Shown here: one piece after another, positions 52,073 through 64,000 of the stretch
Position numbering within the stretch: the first letter of the stretch is position 1
Layout of the letters: every line of letters starts with the position of its first letter
Origin: Malacoraja senta
Taxonomy: Eukaryota
DNA length: 64,000 bases
Direction of reading: 5' to 3'
Assembly (NCBI GenBank): GCA_038087875.1
Contig: CM075986.1
Coordinates: 32,984,001-33,048,000, forward strand
Made by a program: the position numbers and the translations under genes
The notes under the pieces: model-generated
Told to the model about the DNA's origin: nothing
Databases searched by the model: none
What the model saw: only the letters and a program-made list of their open reading frames with translations

Positions 52073-55008
52073 AGATTACAGAATTGTAGCCTGATAGACA
52101 AGATGCTATCTCATCAGAAACCCAAAAAGGATACAGAATTATGGCATCGTTGCATTTGATAAATTAAATTACAAAAATGAAAAATACTTTATTTTCTTGC
52201 AAACTGCTTGAGATGGCAATATCAAAAATGTATTCTGCCACTGGAAGATGAGTTGATCTGAAATTCCTCTGGCTCAGAATTATATCGTGTAGGGCAGTGA
52301 CTTCAGCACTGGGATCTGGAGGAGACTCTGGTTTTCAATTTATACAAAGCCTGTGGCGGAGGAATAGAGTTGTGAAACAAGGGGCAATTAAATGGGATGA
52401 AAATGTATTTGAGGGAGGGAACAGACTGGAGAAACCATTGAGGAGTCAGATGTGTGGAGATTATTCAAATATTTATTCAGGACAGGGTTGGTCATGGGAG
52501 AGTGAGGCTACGAAGTGGCAACAATTCTGAGGGACAGTAAAGTTGGAGAGTGGCAGTGGAGGCAACTAATAATGACAGAAAGAGAGCACCTACCTGGAGC
52601 AAGTAGCTTGCCTCTGACTCTCCAACAGGTGCCTGGCTAGGGTAAAATCTTTAACTAACACCAAAGCAGACATTTTAGTTTTCAAGTTAAATTATGCAGA
52701 CCTTGAATTCACAGCAGTGTTTTACTTAAGTCAAAGGAGAGCTGTAAACCATATGATGTTGTGAACATCTGTTAAACTCCATGTGCTAGGAAATAACTTG
52801 CACATAACTTGTTTTATCTGAACATTTTCAGTATTTAAAAAAATATGTTGCGAATAGATCTGTCGAGTTGTATATCTCTGTGAAAGGCGATTGAAGATAT
52901 TAGTGATAATATAATTCATTTGGAGTAATTGCAATTCCTAGCAAGATTTTCAGAAATAAACTGTTCAACAATTTCATGATGATATGAACAAGTTAGTAAC
53001 TGGCAGTAATCTAGGTTACCAAGCTAAATGTGCTTTTAGAAAAAATATTTACTAAATTGCCATTTTAAAACGTTTTTGGAGATGATTTAATAATTTGCTA
53101 TCCAATCTTACTTTACGGAGACAAATCATGAATGGAATCTATATCAAGACTTTCCCTTGCAACACATTCATTCATGTCATCATCCAAACTAAGAAAAAAA
53201 GTAATCATGTTTGCTGCTGAGCGCAATTATAAGCATAATTTTACAGTAATTCACACAATGGGGGAATAACTTTAATGTTACAAATGCCCTTCACTGATGG
53301 TAAATGCAGTGTGATGGATCATTTCCTGACAAAGCTAGAAGATACTTATGGGTCAGCAAGTCACATGGAAGGCCACTAGAAAATAAGTTAAATTTTAGGT
53401 TGAATTAAGCATTACGTTTACTTTTATTTTGAACAGGTTGGCATATCAAGCCTCTGCTCCAGGTCAGTGTGGCCAAAATGCTTAGAAAATTTAAGGTTTA
53501 GTTGAATATAACAGATTGAAAATTCTGTGATTTTTTTTCTTTGAGGTACTTCAGCGAACATACTGAAATTAAGGAAAAAACAGATCTAGCCAAGATGGGC
53601 AAGGCTGAGTAAATAACACAAAAACTAGGTTAAATTCAAGTATTTGTTTGTGAATTTTTGAAGAGATTGCCAAAATTATGATAATGATGAATAACGACCA
53701 GACTTCACAAGGATCCAGATGTTTTTTGGAGAGAGGAGAACACTGAAGATTAAACTGTACAGAATTATTAAGAGTTAGCTGGGACTAATGCTGCTTATTG
53801 AATTACATCAATTGCCAAGAGCCGACATGCTTACAGTGGAAATAAGGAACCCCAGGAAATTACTCTTAGTCTAATTTTTCTCCTTTTCCCCCAGAATATG
53901 GAAGGAATAAACATGATACAAATAAGGGGAAATTTTACACTTCAAAAATGATTATGTTTTGTGTCAGGTAGGGTTTAAAATTGAAATTGAAACCAAACTT
54001 ATTCTGATATTGGTGGTTGGATGGACACTGATTGCAGGAAGCAGATTCCTTATATATTTGAATTGGGTTCATGCCTCAAATTAAATTTCACATTAACTTT
54101 CTAAGTTCCCTAACAGGTGCCCAATGCTGAATGCTTATTATGAGCTGTTAGCAAATCCTTGGTTGCAAAATGTAGACAAAAATGTCAATCAAGTATTGCT
54201 GTTAAGTTCACCAGAACCCAAGGTGAACAGTGCATCTGGCCTTCCTCTTGTCAAACATGATCTGCATCTTTATGCTACATTGAGTTTTTTGGGGTTTCTG
54301 ATTAGCTCTCAACGTCTGCTATTTTATGACAGGTAATCTGAGACACTCCTCATATCTGATCCCTTAATAATCATAATTTAGGTGATCTATTTCAATGCTA
54401 AAAACAAAATACGCATCTTAATGTAAAAAATAGACATGGTATTTTGTTAATAAAACAATATTTAAACTTTGATAAAACAGCATCTGCAGTTTTATATTAT
54501 ACTAGACCAAGTGCAGACCCGTTGGGTCTGGACACCGAACGTGCGTTTGCGGGGGGGGGGGGCTGTGGCATCACACTAACCACCCTAACCACACTAATAC
54601 ACGTTGGGTCTTTTCCTCCAAAGCACGGTTGCGGGGTGGGAATCTGGCACCCACAACACACACACTCATCACACCCCTTGATATTATCTTAATTTTTTTA
54701 TTTGCTTCTTTTATCCCATCTCCACCCTATCCACTGACGAATAGCCCTCACCTCTCAAGTGTGTCTAGAGGGAGGGGGGGGGGCAGAGAGAGAAAATTCA
54801 ATGTTAGAGAAAAAAAAATTTTGAGGAGGGTGGAGAGGAAGGGTGGGAGAGGAGGGGGAGAGAGGAGGGGGTGGAGAGAGGAAGGAGAGGATGGGGAGAG
54901 AGGTGAAGGGGGGGGGTTTGGAGCGGGCGTGCATGAGTCGAGCTGCGGGCTGTGAAGAGAGAAGGGCAGAGAGAGACAGAGAGAGAGAGGGGAGAGACAG
55001 AGAGACTG

Positions 55009-55225
55009 GTACACAAAAAAAAGCTGGAGAAACTCAGCGGGTGCAGCAGCATCTATGGAGCGAAGGAAATAGGCAACGCTTTGGGCCGAAACCCATCTTC
55101 AGACGTGTTTCATCCCGAAACATTGCCTATTTCCTTCGATCCATAGATGCTGCTGCACCCGCTGAGTTTCTACAGGTTTTTTTTTGTGTACCTTCGATTT
55201 TCCAGCATCAGCAGTTCCTTCTTAA
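55009..55225. mobile_element. Fold-back Penelope-derived short element nested in the Helitron
   Basis: Arms at ~55009-55092 and ~55107-55191, with a 14-bp TSD AGACAGAGAGACTG at 54995-55008 and 55226-55239. Confidence 0.8.
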
Positions 55226-55336
55226 AGACAGAGAGACTGTTGGTGGGCTGTTTCCCCAATGCGCGTTTGCGGGGGGGGGGGGGGGTGGGGGGCTGCGGCA
55301 TCACACTCACACTAACCACCCCCCAAACACACAGGC

Positions 55337-55738
55337 GGGGGGAGAGGGAGACGGGTGGTGAGAGAAGAGGGGAGAGGGGAGAGGGAGACAGGGTGGGGAG
55401 AGAAGAGGGGAGGGAGGGAGGGGAGGGAGAGGGGGAGGAGGAAAGGGGAGAGATTGGGGAGGGAGAGGAGAGCAGGGTGGGGGAGAGGGAGGGGAGGAGA
55501 GCGGGGAGGGCAGGAAGGGGGAGAGGGGTTGGATAGGTGGGAGAGGGGGGAGGGGATGTTAGAGGTGGAGAGAGGTGATGAGGGGAAGGGAGAGAGGAGT
55601 AGGGGGAAGAGAGAGGGAGAGAGGTGGGGGAGGGAGAGACGAAGAGTGGGGAGGGGGAGAGGGGTAGCAGGGAGTGGTGCAAGAGAGAGGGGAAGGGGAT
55701 GGGGGGGAGGATGGGGGTGGAAGAGGGGTGGGGGAGGG
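55337..55738 (+). repeat. G/A-rich low-complexity tract abutting the assembly gap
   Basis: Almost exclusively purines with many G runs. Confidence 0.9.
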
Positions 55739-55938
55739 NNNNNNNNNNNNNNNNNNNNNNNNNNNNNNNNNNNNNNNNNNNNNNNNNNNNNNNNNNNNNN
55801 NNNNNNNNNNNNNNNNNNNNNNNNNNNNNNNNNNNNNNNNNNNNNNNNNNNNNNNNNNNNNNNNNNNNNNNNNNNNNNNNNNNNNNNNNNNNNNNNNNNN
55901 NNNNNNNNNNNNNNNNNNNNNNNNNNNNNNNNNNNNNN
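55739..55938. other. Assembly gap (200 N)
   Basis: Run of N. Confidence 1.
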
Positions 55939-56390
55939 CCACACACGTGACGACGCCCTTCGACACAGGCTGTGGGGTTGTGGGGGAGGGGCTGGTGCTG
56001 GGGCTGCTGCAAAGGCATATGTAAATGGATCCATTCCGATTGGACATCTGTGTGCATTGGGCATTGTGACATCACACAGCGGAATCTTTACTAACATTCT
56101 ATGGCTGAACATTTTGTAATGTTTGGTTGGGGGGGGGGGTGGGTGGAGAAGTATTTTATTTTAAAAAGTGTACATAAACACGACCAAATTTAATCAGGAG
56201 TGGCTGTAAAGATAAATGTAATCTTTTTAGAAATGGGACTAGGGCGGTATCAAAGGGGAATTTTGGCGCCGGACGGACGGACGGATGGCAGCCACAGAGT
56301 TTTATATAATAGAGATAGATAGATAGATACATTAAAGCTGAATATGCTTTCGAAATAAAAGTAAAGCTCTGTTTCAACAAACTCATTTAC

Positions 56391-58314
56391 CTTTTTTCTT
56401 TCTTTTTCCAGAGCTCTCCATTGCTCATAGCACTCTTCTAATCGAATATGAAGTTCATTGGCTGGACCACTGCGATTTTTCATAGGTCTTGGAAATCCAA
56501 AAGGTGGTATAAATCCATAAAGGGGAGCATCTCCATAAAACATATCATTGAAAAGAGGATACAAATGACTGAACTCCTCATATGGAAATAACTCACTGGG
56601 ATCCATCAATGAAACAACAGGATGACCAAACTGAAGATTAGTTCCTGAAGCAACACCAAGTGGGCCAAGTTGGGAAATATGGTTCCGTCTAAAGTCACCC
56701 ATCATGTAGGGACTTGAAAAAGCAGCTGAAGAACGAGTCATATAATTTGCTACATTGTTGCTGTCTCCAGCTCCTTGTTGAGAATTGTGATTATTATAAT
56801 AATAAGACTGAGCACCTAGCAAATCTCTGTACATATTTTGTGAAAATTCATCATCTTTTTTCTTCATGTCTTCATTCAAATCATAATGGCAGTTTATCTG
56901 TTTAGTTTGATAGCTGGGGTATTTGTTTGGAACATATTGCTGAGACGATGAACTCCCATGAAATCCATTTACTTGCTTCCCATTTTGACAATTTTTTTCA
57001 ATGGGTGATTCAAAGTACATGTCTCCACTAGCTTTGTTTTGTCCTTCAACGTGTGTACCTGGTTGAACCCTTTCCATATTATAGGTGAATTCACTGCTGG
57101 ACACCTTGGGGTGGTTATCCTGATTATAAATTCCAGTAGACCTTTGGAAATAAGCACTATTATTTTGAGGAAAAGGCATGGAAGACTGATGAGAAGTTGG
57201 ACAGTACGAGTGTGAAGATGTTTTAGAGGCAGGTGATGTTTGATTGCTGATGTCTGCTGAGCTATCTGGCTTTCCAAATGAGGCATTAGTGGTAGTTTCA
57301 GAACCAGAAGTAGCCAATTTTGTCCAGGATTGCCTACTTTGGTAAGACTCTCCAGAATACACAGACACTGGCAATGCATTTAACGGCTGCACATATTCAG
57401 ACTGCTGTGAAAAATGATCATAATTAGAATGCTGTTGCTTTTCGAAGGCCTTCTCAAAATCACTTCTAATTGGACAAAATGTGTGAGGGTTTCTTCCGCA
57501 TTCTGAGGTGCACTTCTGTCCCAAATCACTACCTAATCCTATTTCTTTTGAAAGCTGTTTATCACTCAAACTTGATGATGATTTTATACAGTATTTTAGA
57601 GCATGTTGATCAATGTTTAATTCATCAAACCCCTTTTGTGCTTGCTTTGTTTTTGAGATTCTGGTACATCCATCCATTTCTATTACTGGTAATTCTGGTA
57701 TACAATCAGAAGCAGATGATTTTCCATCTGCCATGTTGAAGTTCACAAATTTGTTTTGTCTGAATTTACTGCCATGCATTTGCTCCATGTACCTGTTGCC
57801 AGTATTAATGTAAGCATTTCTAGAATTATGAAGGAAAGGAAACAGCTCTGTCGATGTTAGATTAGAAGCTGTACCAACTTCTTTAAAATCTCCTCCATCT
57901 CTGCCATACATGTGTATCTCTGTTCCAGGTTCTCTAACTGATAACCCTGCCTGAAGTTTGGAACAGTTCTTCACATAAGGAAACTCTTGAAAGTTCATCT
58001 TGGTGGTATCAGTGGACTGAAAAGGACTGCAATCCGTAGCTTCTTTCTTTGAGGGATATACCCATTGCTCTGCAAGATCTAAATCATCAAACCCTAAAAA
58101 ATCTTCCATATTTATTTTTTGCTGTGAGACTAAATGATTATCCTGCTGGTACTGATGCTTGTCAGTAGTTGCTAAGGATTCCTTTGCATTAAAAACAGGC
58201 TGTGAATATGATGTGTCTACAGGCTTCTTAGACTCAGACGAGTGATCTAGATGTTCCGAATATCTGCTGGTTGTGGAAGACCATATTGATCTTAACAAGT
58301 TAGAAGATGTATTT
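56391..58314 (-). CDS. MEIOC: MEIOC large exon (1924 nt)
   Basis: Lies within ORF 56250..58403. Acceptor tttgtttcag| and donor AAG|GTAAAT. Ends with NRSGPANELHIRLEECYEQWRALEKERKK, the start of the MEIOC coiled-coil (DUF4582) domain. Confidence 0.95.
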
Positions 58315-58930
58315 CTGAAACAAAAGGTGCATTTTAGGGAATATTCCATATTAATATAAAACCTTAACAGACGATTATGCATTTCTTTGGTCGGAAACAC
58401 CAATTTCTCAAGATTGCTGGCAACTTGTCAAAGACATTTAAAATCACTTGAGACTTGCTAAAATTACTAAAATGTTTTTAAAAGTTAAAAATATTTATAC
58501 TAAATTAATTAAATTTAAAAAAACACATGTACGTTTCTTCTGGCAGTTATAGACTTTCCCCGTTAATATTTGAGTAAGATATGGACATGGTGCGCAAAGT
58601 TCCCACGAGAGCTGAGAAGCCAGTGGAAGTTCACACCTTTTGATTGGATTCCATGAGGACTCCACCAATATAATGCAGGAACAGCTAACAATATAGGTGT
58701 CATGGCAGAAAATGCCACATTTGGCTTCAGTCCATGCCAGCGTTGGTGACCAAGGCTTCTGCAGAGAAATGCAGGCATTAGCACTGGCACAAGTCAGAGG
58801 ATTCAGCCCAATATGACATATTTAGTTTGTGTGACAGGATGGTACCGTCGTTCCACTAGATTGCGTTAGAAAGCAGAGGGAATTGCTGTACTATTTGTAA
58901 TCATATGGTTTCATCAAAGTTCCCACATTT

Positions 58931-59794
58931 CAAGATACAAGATACATTTATTTGTCACATGTACCAATTGGTACAATGAAATGTGTAGTCACCATACAGC
59001 CATATGAATAAAAAAAAGAACACAACACATGATAGACTCCAACATAAAACATCCCCACAGCAGAATCAAAGTTTCCCACTGTGAGGGAAGGCACCAAAGT
59101 TCAGTCATCTTCCTCTGATGTTCTTTGATGTTCACCCGTGGTCGGGGCCTCCCAAGCCCACCGCAGTCGCCGCTACGGGTGGCCCGATGCTCAGGCTCGC
59201 TCGCCGGGATGATGGAACTCCGACGTCAGAACGGGAGAACCTCAGCGCCTTGGTGTTCCGAATCAGCCACTTCCTACTGGTGTCCGCGGCTCCCGAAGTC
59301 CACAAGCCGCGCTGGGCGGAGATTCACGCTGGCGGCCCTCGGCAAAGGGTCCCAGGACTCCGCGATGTTGAAGTCAGCGCCGCCCGTGCTGGAAGCTCTA
59401 CGAACCACAGCTCCACGATGTTGAAGCAACAGGCCCAACACTCCGGAGCTTCAAACGGCGATCCAGGTAAGGCATCGCCCCGCTCCGCGGTGAATCCAGT
59501 GCTGCGCCGCTGCTAAAGCTCTGGTCCGGTCCCCGGTCTCCGGCAGGAAAGGCCGCGCCAATCCAGTTGGTAGGCCGTGAGGGGGGGGCGGCGAGGACAC
59601 GACTCGGAGAATACTCGCATCCTCGCCAGGAAGTGACTGGGAAACGGTTTCCCCTTTACCCTACCCCCCTCCCCCACAGAGAAAAACTAAAGAAACCTCC
59701 AAAACATACTGTTATAACAGACTAAAATAGAAAAAAGATTGAAAAAAACAGAGACTGTAGGCAGAGGCTGCCATCAATGCGGCGCCCCTAGTGG
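58931..59794 (-). mobile_element. GC-rich non-coding retro-element, uninterrupted copy
   Basis: Colinear with 7586-9090, with the tail GTGACAAATAAATGTATCTTGTATCTTG. Confidence 0.7.
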
Positions 59795-59843
59795 ACATGA
59801 TCATAACACTTCAATCATAATACCCAAGACATCAATAAGAGTA

Positions 59844-59990
59844 GGTAGACACAAAATGCTGGAGTAATTCAGCGGGACTCGAAAAGTCACCCATTCCTTC
59901 TCTCCAGAGATGCTGCCTGTCCCGCTGTTACTCCAGCATTTTGTGTCTCCCTTCGATTTAAACCAGCATCTGCAGTTCTTTCCTACAGAG
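59844..59990. mobile_element. Penelope-derived short element with a short inverted arm
   Basis: 13-bp TSD ATCAATAAGAGTA at 59831-59843 and 59991-60003. Confidence 0.8.
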
Positions 59991-61798
59991 ATCAATAAGA
60001 GTAATGTATCTGCCATTCATTCAACTGGTGATGGCCGGAAATCTTTAACACTGTATTCTAAGATACGTCACAATAGACTGCAGCTGGGTATTTGGCTAAG
60101 ATGCTATGTTGAGCCCAGAGGAACCCCAAGGGGTGATGGAGATTTCTGAAAGATTGACTAATGCCTGGTGTAAGGGTTTTCCTCCTGAATAAACCCATTG
60201 TTCTTTTATTTGTCAAATGTGCTTAAAACATTATTTCATGTGCCAATTTCAAAAGGATCTTTTCATTTGCTACCATCCAAGAAATGGATGTTTGATATTT
60301 TTTGTCACATTACCTGTTCTCATTATAATATTGACCCTAAGTAAAAGAATGAATGACTTTGCTAGATAAAATAATAGGGAAAATAAACATTCTCTCTACT
60401 TTGATAATAACAAATCACATTGGTATTCTCCATTTTGAATGGCTTTCAGATAAGCTTGCTTGTTTTTTTTATTGACAGTGCGCATCCACCAACCACATCG
60501 ATCTTCAGAGAGGCTGATGAAGGCTCCTTCCTTGATTAAATTATGTTCATTTTTCCAGGATAAACAAACAAGATCAACTCTTGTCCCTGAAGGTCTGTCT
60601 AGTGACTGTAGCCTTTTGGTATGAGAGTTTGAGGCAGTTGGTTTTCAGGGACAGGTAAGAATATCACCTAAAAACCAGTGGCATAGCTATGGGAATGGTT
60701 GAGACGGGAACTGACTTTGATGGAGGACAGAACTCTTCCACAGCTGAGATGACAATGGACACATTGTTATCAAAGCATCTAGACCTGTGCTGACACATAA
60801 TCAACTCCTGCATCAGCAACTGTGTGCTCCAAATTGTTTGAATTTTGCTCTTGAAGAATAAAAATCCACTCCTGAATGACAATGCTTCAACAAAATCTTT
60901 CTGTTCTTGGAGAAAGTTGTGTGAGAATAGACATTGATTGGTCGCCAAAGACTTTGCCTATGCCTCAACCAACAGCTTCATGGTAGAAGTATCCACACCA
61001 GCAGGCATGGAGCTGCTCAGCTTAAACATTGATTCTTCAATACGATTTTGGACACCATTACATCGTCTGACCATCCTGACATGTACCCTAATCCCAGGTA
61101 TTACAGCAGGTGATAAAATGCCTCTCTAAAATAGCCTTTTAAACCCTTTTGTGCCATTACTCGAGGTTGTGTTTTACAGTATCTTCTAGAATGATTTTCC
61201 TGTTATGTGTATCAGTTATCTCTTGAGAGCCTCCATGCTGTCAAAAGGAAAAACATGAAAATTGTGCATGCATGATGCTTTTAGCTGGAGTGGCCTGCAC
61301 ACACGCAGATCAATAGTACATCTATTAATGTGAGAGAAGTATGCATAGTAAAGAACCAAAAGACATTATCAGGACTCTAACTCCTGTCTGGCAGCTCCAA
61401 GTGACTAATCACATCCAATGAGAGATCCAAGGAGGTACACATTAAAAAAACTCCAGTTTTCTGCTGTCGACTGCAGAAGAGTAATTATATGCCCACAGAA
61501 ATTAAGCACATGCAGTGAATGAGTGCAATGAAAATGTTCCACTGAGTTGCCAATGCATTGGTTGAAGTTGAAGCCATCCAATTTGTCCTGCAAATAATCC
61601 ACAAACAACATTGCTGAAGGTAAGATGTCATTCCTTATTAGCCGCAATCAACATGTACGTGGCTTTGCAATTTGATGCAAAAAACATGTTTTAATCCAAT
61701 TATACTTAAATCAGTACCAACTGATCCAATTTCTAGTTAAAAATGCTCCCCCCACTGATATTATTCAGTTTTACTATATACTTATATGCATAAACCTA

Positions 61799-61951
<153 letters not shown>

Positions 61952-62214
61952 CTAACATACTCAAGTCAGAATGAATAGGAATACATGATATACAGAAATA
62001 AAAAGATAATACATAATAGATACTGTTAATTTTGTGATTATACATGACATAACAAAGACACTTTCTGAAATTTAAACCCACTCATTAGTCCCAACAATTA
62101 AATTACAGATACAATGTTTGAAAACATGAGTGCCAGCACACGTAGTTAAATTCTTTGATTACAGCATTAACTACTACTAGGCCTACAATATTAAGTCAGG
62201 TAATACACATTATT

Positions 62215-63850
62215 ATTGAAGAGTTAAGTGTTTAATTGTCATAAGAACCAACAATGGAATAAGGAAATTGTTACTTGCACAGCATAACAGACCTATAAAT
62301 ACAAGGGTCTCGACCTGAAACATCACTCATTTCTTCTCTCCAGAGATGCTGCCTGTCCTTCTGAGTTACTCCAGCTTTTTGTGTCTATCTTCTATAAATA
62401 CAGTACTCAGAAATAACTTTACAAGCAAAAAGAATCGATAAATTAGAATAGAATACCTTTTATTGATTTAAATTAAATTAAAACCGCAATACAAGCGCAA
62501 AAAGACCAAAGTCCTTAGCGCAACCAAGACAGTTCACAATATAGTTAGTGTTTTGAGGTGTTTTAGAACCTGATGGTTGTTGAGAAGAAGCTATTCTTGA
62601 ACCTGGAGTTTTGGTTTTCAGACTCCTATACCTTCTTCCCGATGGTGGGAGTGAAATGAGAGCGTGGTTAGGGTAGTGCAAGTCTTTGTTATGTTGGCTG
62701 CCCTTTGGAGGCAGCTCCTCCTGTAGATCAGTTCATTGGTGGGGTGGTCAGTACCTAAGATGGCCACCCCCTTTGCAATTTCCTTCATTTTTGGACGATC
62801 GAGTTGCCAAATCAGGATCTGATGCAATCACCCATCTCTTCAGTGATATGCACGCCCAGAAACTTGAACATGTTAACACTCTCCACCACCAAACCGTCGA
62901 TGTAAACAAGTTTGTGGATCCTCTGCTTCCCACTTCTTAAGTCAACAATCAAAAATTGCCGATGATGAGAGAATTTGGTTTGTGTTCTCTCCCTCCTATA
63001 CTCTGACTCATTATTACCAGTAATTTGTTCAACAACGGAGGTGTCGTTGGCGAATTTAAAGAAGCCGTTGGAATTGTGTCTGGCTGCAGACGTGGGTAAA
63101 GCAGAGGGCTGAGCAGACAGCCCTGAGGTACTCCTGTGCCGATGGTTATCGAAGAAGTGCTGTGGCCAATGGTATTTATTGTGGTCTGTTGATCCAGAAG
63201 TGGATGATCCATGTGCATAGGGATGCAGAGAGACTCAGTTTGCTGAGCTTGATAACAAGTTTGGAGAGGATGATGGTGTGGAACACTGAGCTGTTGTCAC
63301 TGAACAAGAGCCAGATGTCTGTATTATTGTTCAAGTGGTGCAGTGCAGAATAGAGAGCCAGCGAGCAGTCAAATTGTAGTGGTTCAAGGTTTTTGCTAAG
63401 TTAGTTGATATGAGTCATAACCAATCTCTCAAAGCATTTCATCACGACTGATGTCAGTGCCACTGGTCATGAGGTATGTCACCTTAATCTTCTTGATGGT
63501 ATTAATGATGCCCTTTTAAAGCAGGTGAGAACTTTGTACCTTAGTAAGGTGCTGAAGATGTCCGCGCAAACTCCAGCCAGTTAGTCCATGCAGGTGTTGA
63601 GAATGCGGCCGCGTACAACATCAGGTCCAGATGCTTTCTGAGGGTTTATCTTCATGAAGGATGTTCTGATGTCAGCCTTGGTGACTGAGATTTCCATGCC
63701 ATTATGAGCTAGAGGGCCCGAGAAGTCATATCAGTGATCTCTCATTCAAGGGATGTGTAGAACACATTGAGCTCTTCTGGGAGTGAAGCCTTGCTGTTGC
63801 TTGAGCTGCCACTTGGCCTCGCCTTGTGATAGATTGCAAATTCTGCCCCA
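62215..63850 (-). mobile_element. Decayed Rex1/Babar-type LINE
   Basis: GTGVPQGCLLSPLLY, HPNHALISLPPSGRRYRSLK and a KASGPD remnant. Confidence 0.75.
62304..62391 (+). mobile_element. Single-arm Penelope-derived short element
   Basis: 11-bp TSD CTATAAATACA at 62293-62303 and 62392-62402. Confidence 0.8.
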
Positions 63851-64000
63851 TCTCCGAACGTCCATCTCACCCTCAAGGTAACACAATTTTACTTTTAAAG
63901 CACTGCATGCAGCAAGGGTCCAGCCAACCTCACCAAACAGTTGAAACTTCCAAAAATCATTTTTATACAATTTTATACTAGTAATAAACAACGAAGTATC

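Larger units (their letters stand above)
54502..56315 (-). mobile_element. Non-autonomous Helitron in a MEIOC intron
   Basis: On the minus strand it starts A|TCTCTATTATATAAAA followed by (CCGT)n, and ends with the hairpin CAGACCC-AAC-GGGTCTG (54514-54530), 8 nt, then CTAG|T. No TSD. It spans the N gap. Confidence 0.8.

Noticed and set aside
54629-56119. G/E/R- or P/S/L-rich ORFs
   Set aside because: Translations of low-complexity purine tracts and the N gap.
56250-58403. 717-aa ORF as a single-exon gene
   Set aside because: Both ends run into introns. Splice sites define the exon as 56391-58314 of MEIOC.

Overview
Vertebrate genomic DNA, most likely a cartilaginous fish and probably a skate or ray. 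This is inferred from the repeat landscape (CR1, Penelope-derived short repeats, an HE1-like V-SINE), not from a database search. The window holds the 3' ends of two convergent genes. CCDC43 (+) contributes its last two coding exons (1456-1508, 2579-2766). MEIOC (-) contributes five coding exons (61904-61800, 58314-56391, 39157-39023, 30971-30791, 30031-29790) that splice in frame to about 861 aa, plus a probable long AT-rich 3'UTR. The remaining sequence is decayed, often nested mobile DNA: CR1, a near full-length L1, Rex1/Babar, RTE, Penelope, Tc1, Harbinger MITEs, a Helitron, a mini-Gypsy LTR element and SINEs. There is one 200-N assembly gap. Most notable observations: (1) a 53-nt CCDC43 exon that appears to be bracketed by two U12 minor-spliceosome introns; (2) a dispersed family of 85-220 bp Penelope-derived inserts with TSDs, a decayed minimal hammerhead-ribozyme motif and frequent fold-back structure; (3) an internally deleted Gypsy element that keeps its LTRs, PBS and PPT; (4) a GC-rich ~850 bp non-coding retro-element family with exchangeable 3' tails. 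Nothing here is demonstrably a new biological system. TE boundaries are approximate unless TSDs or TIRs are given.
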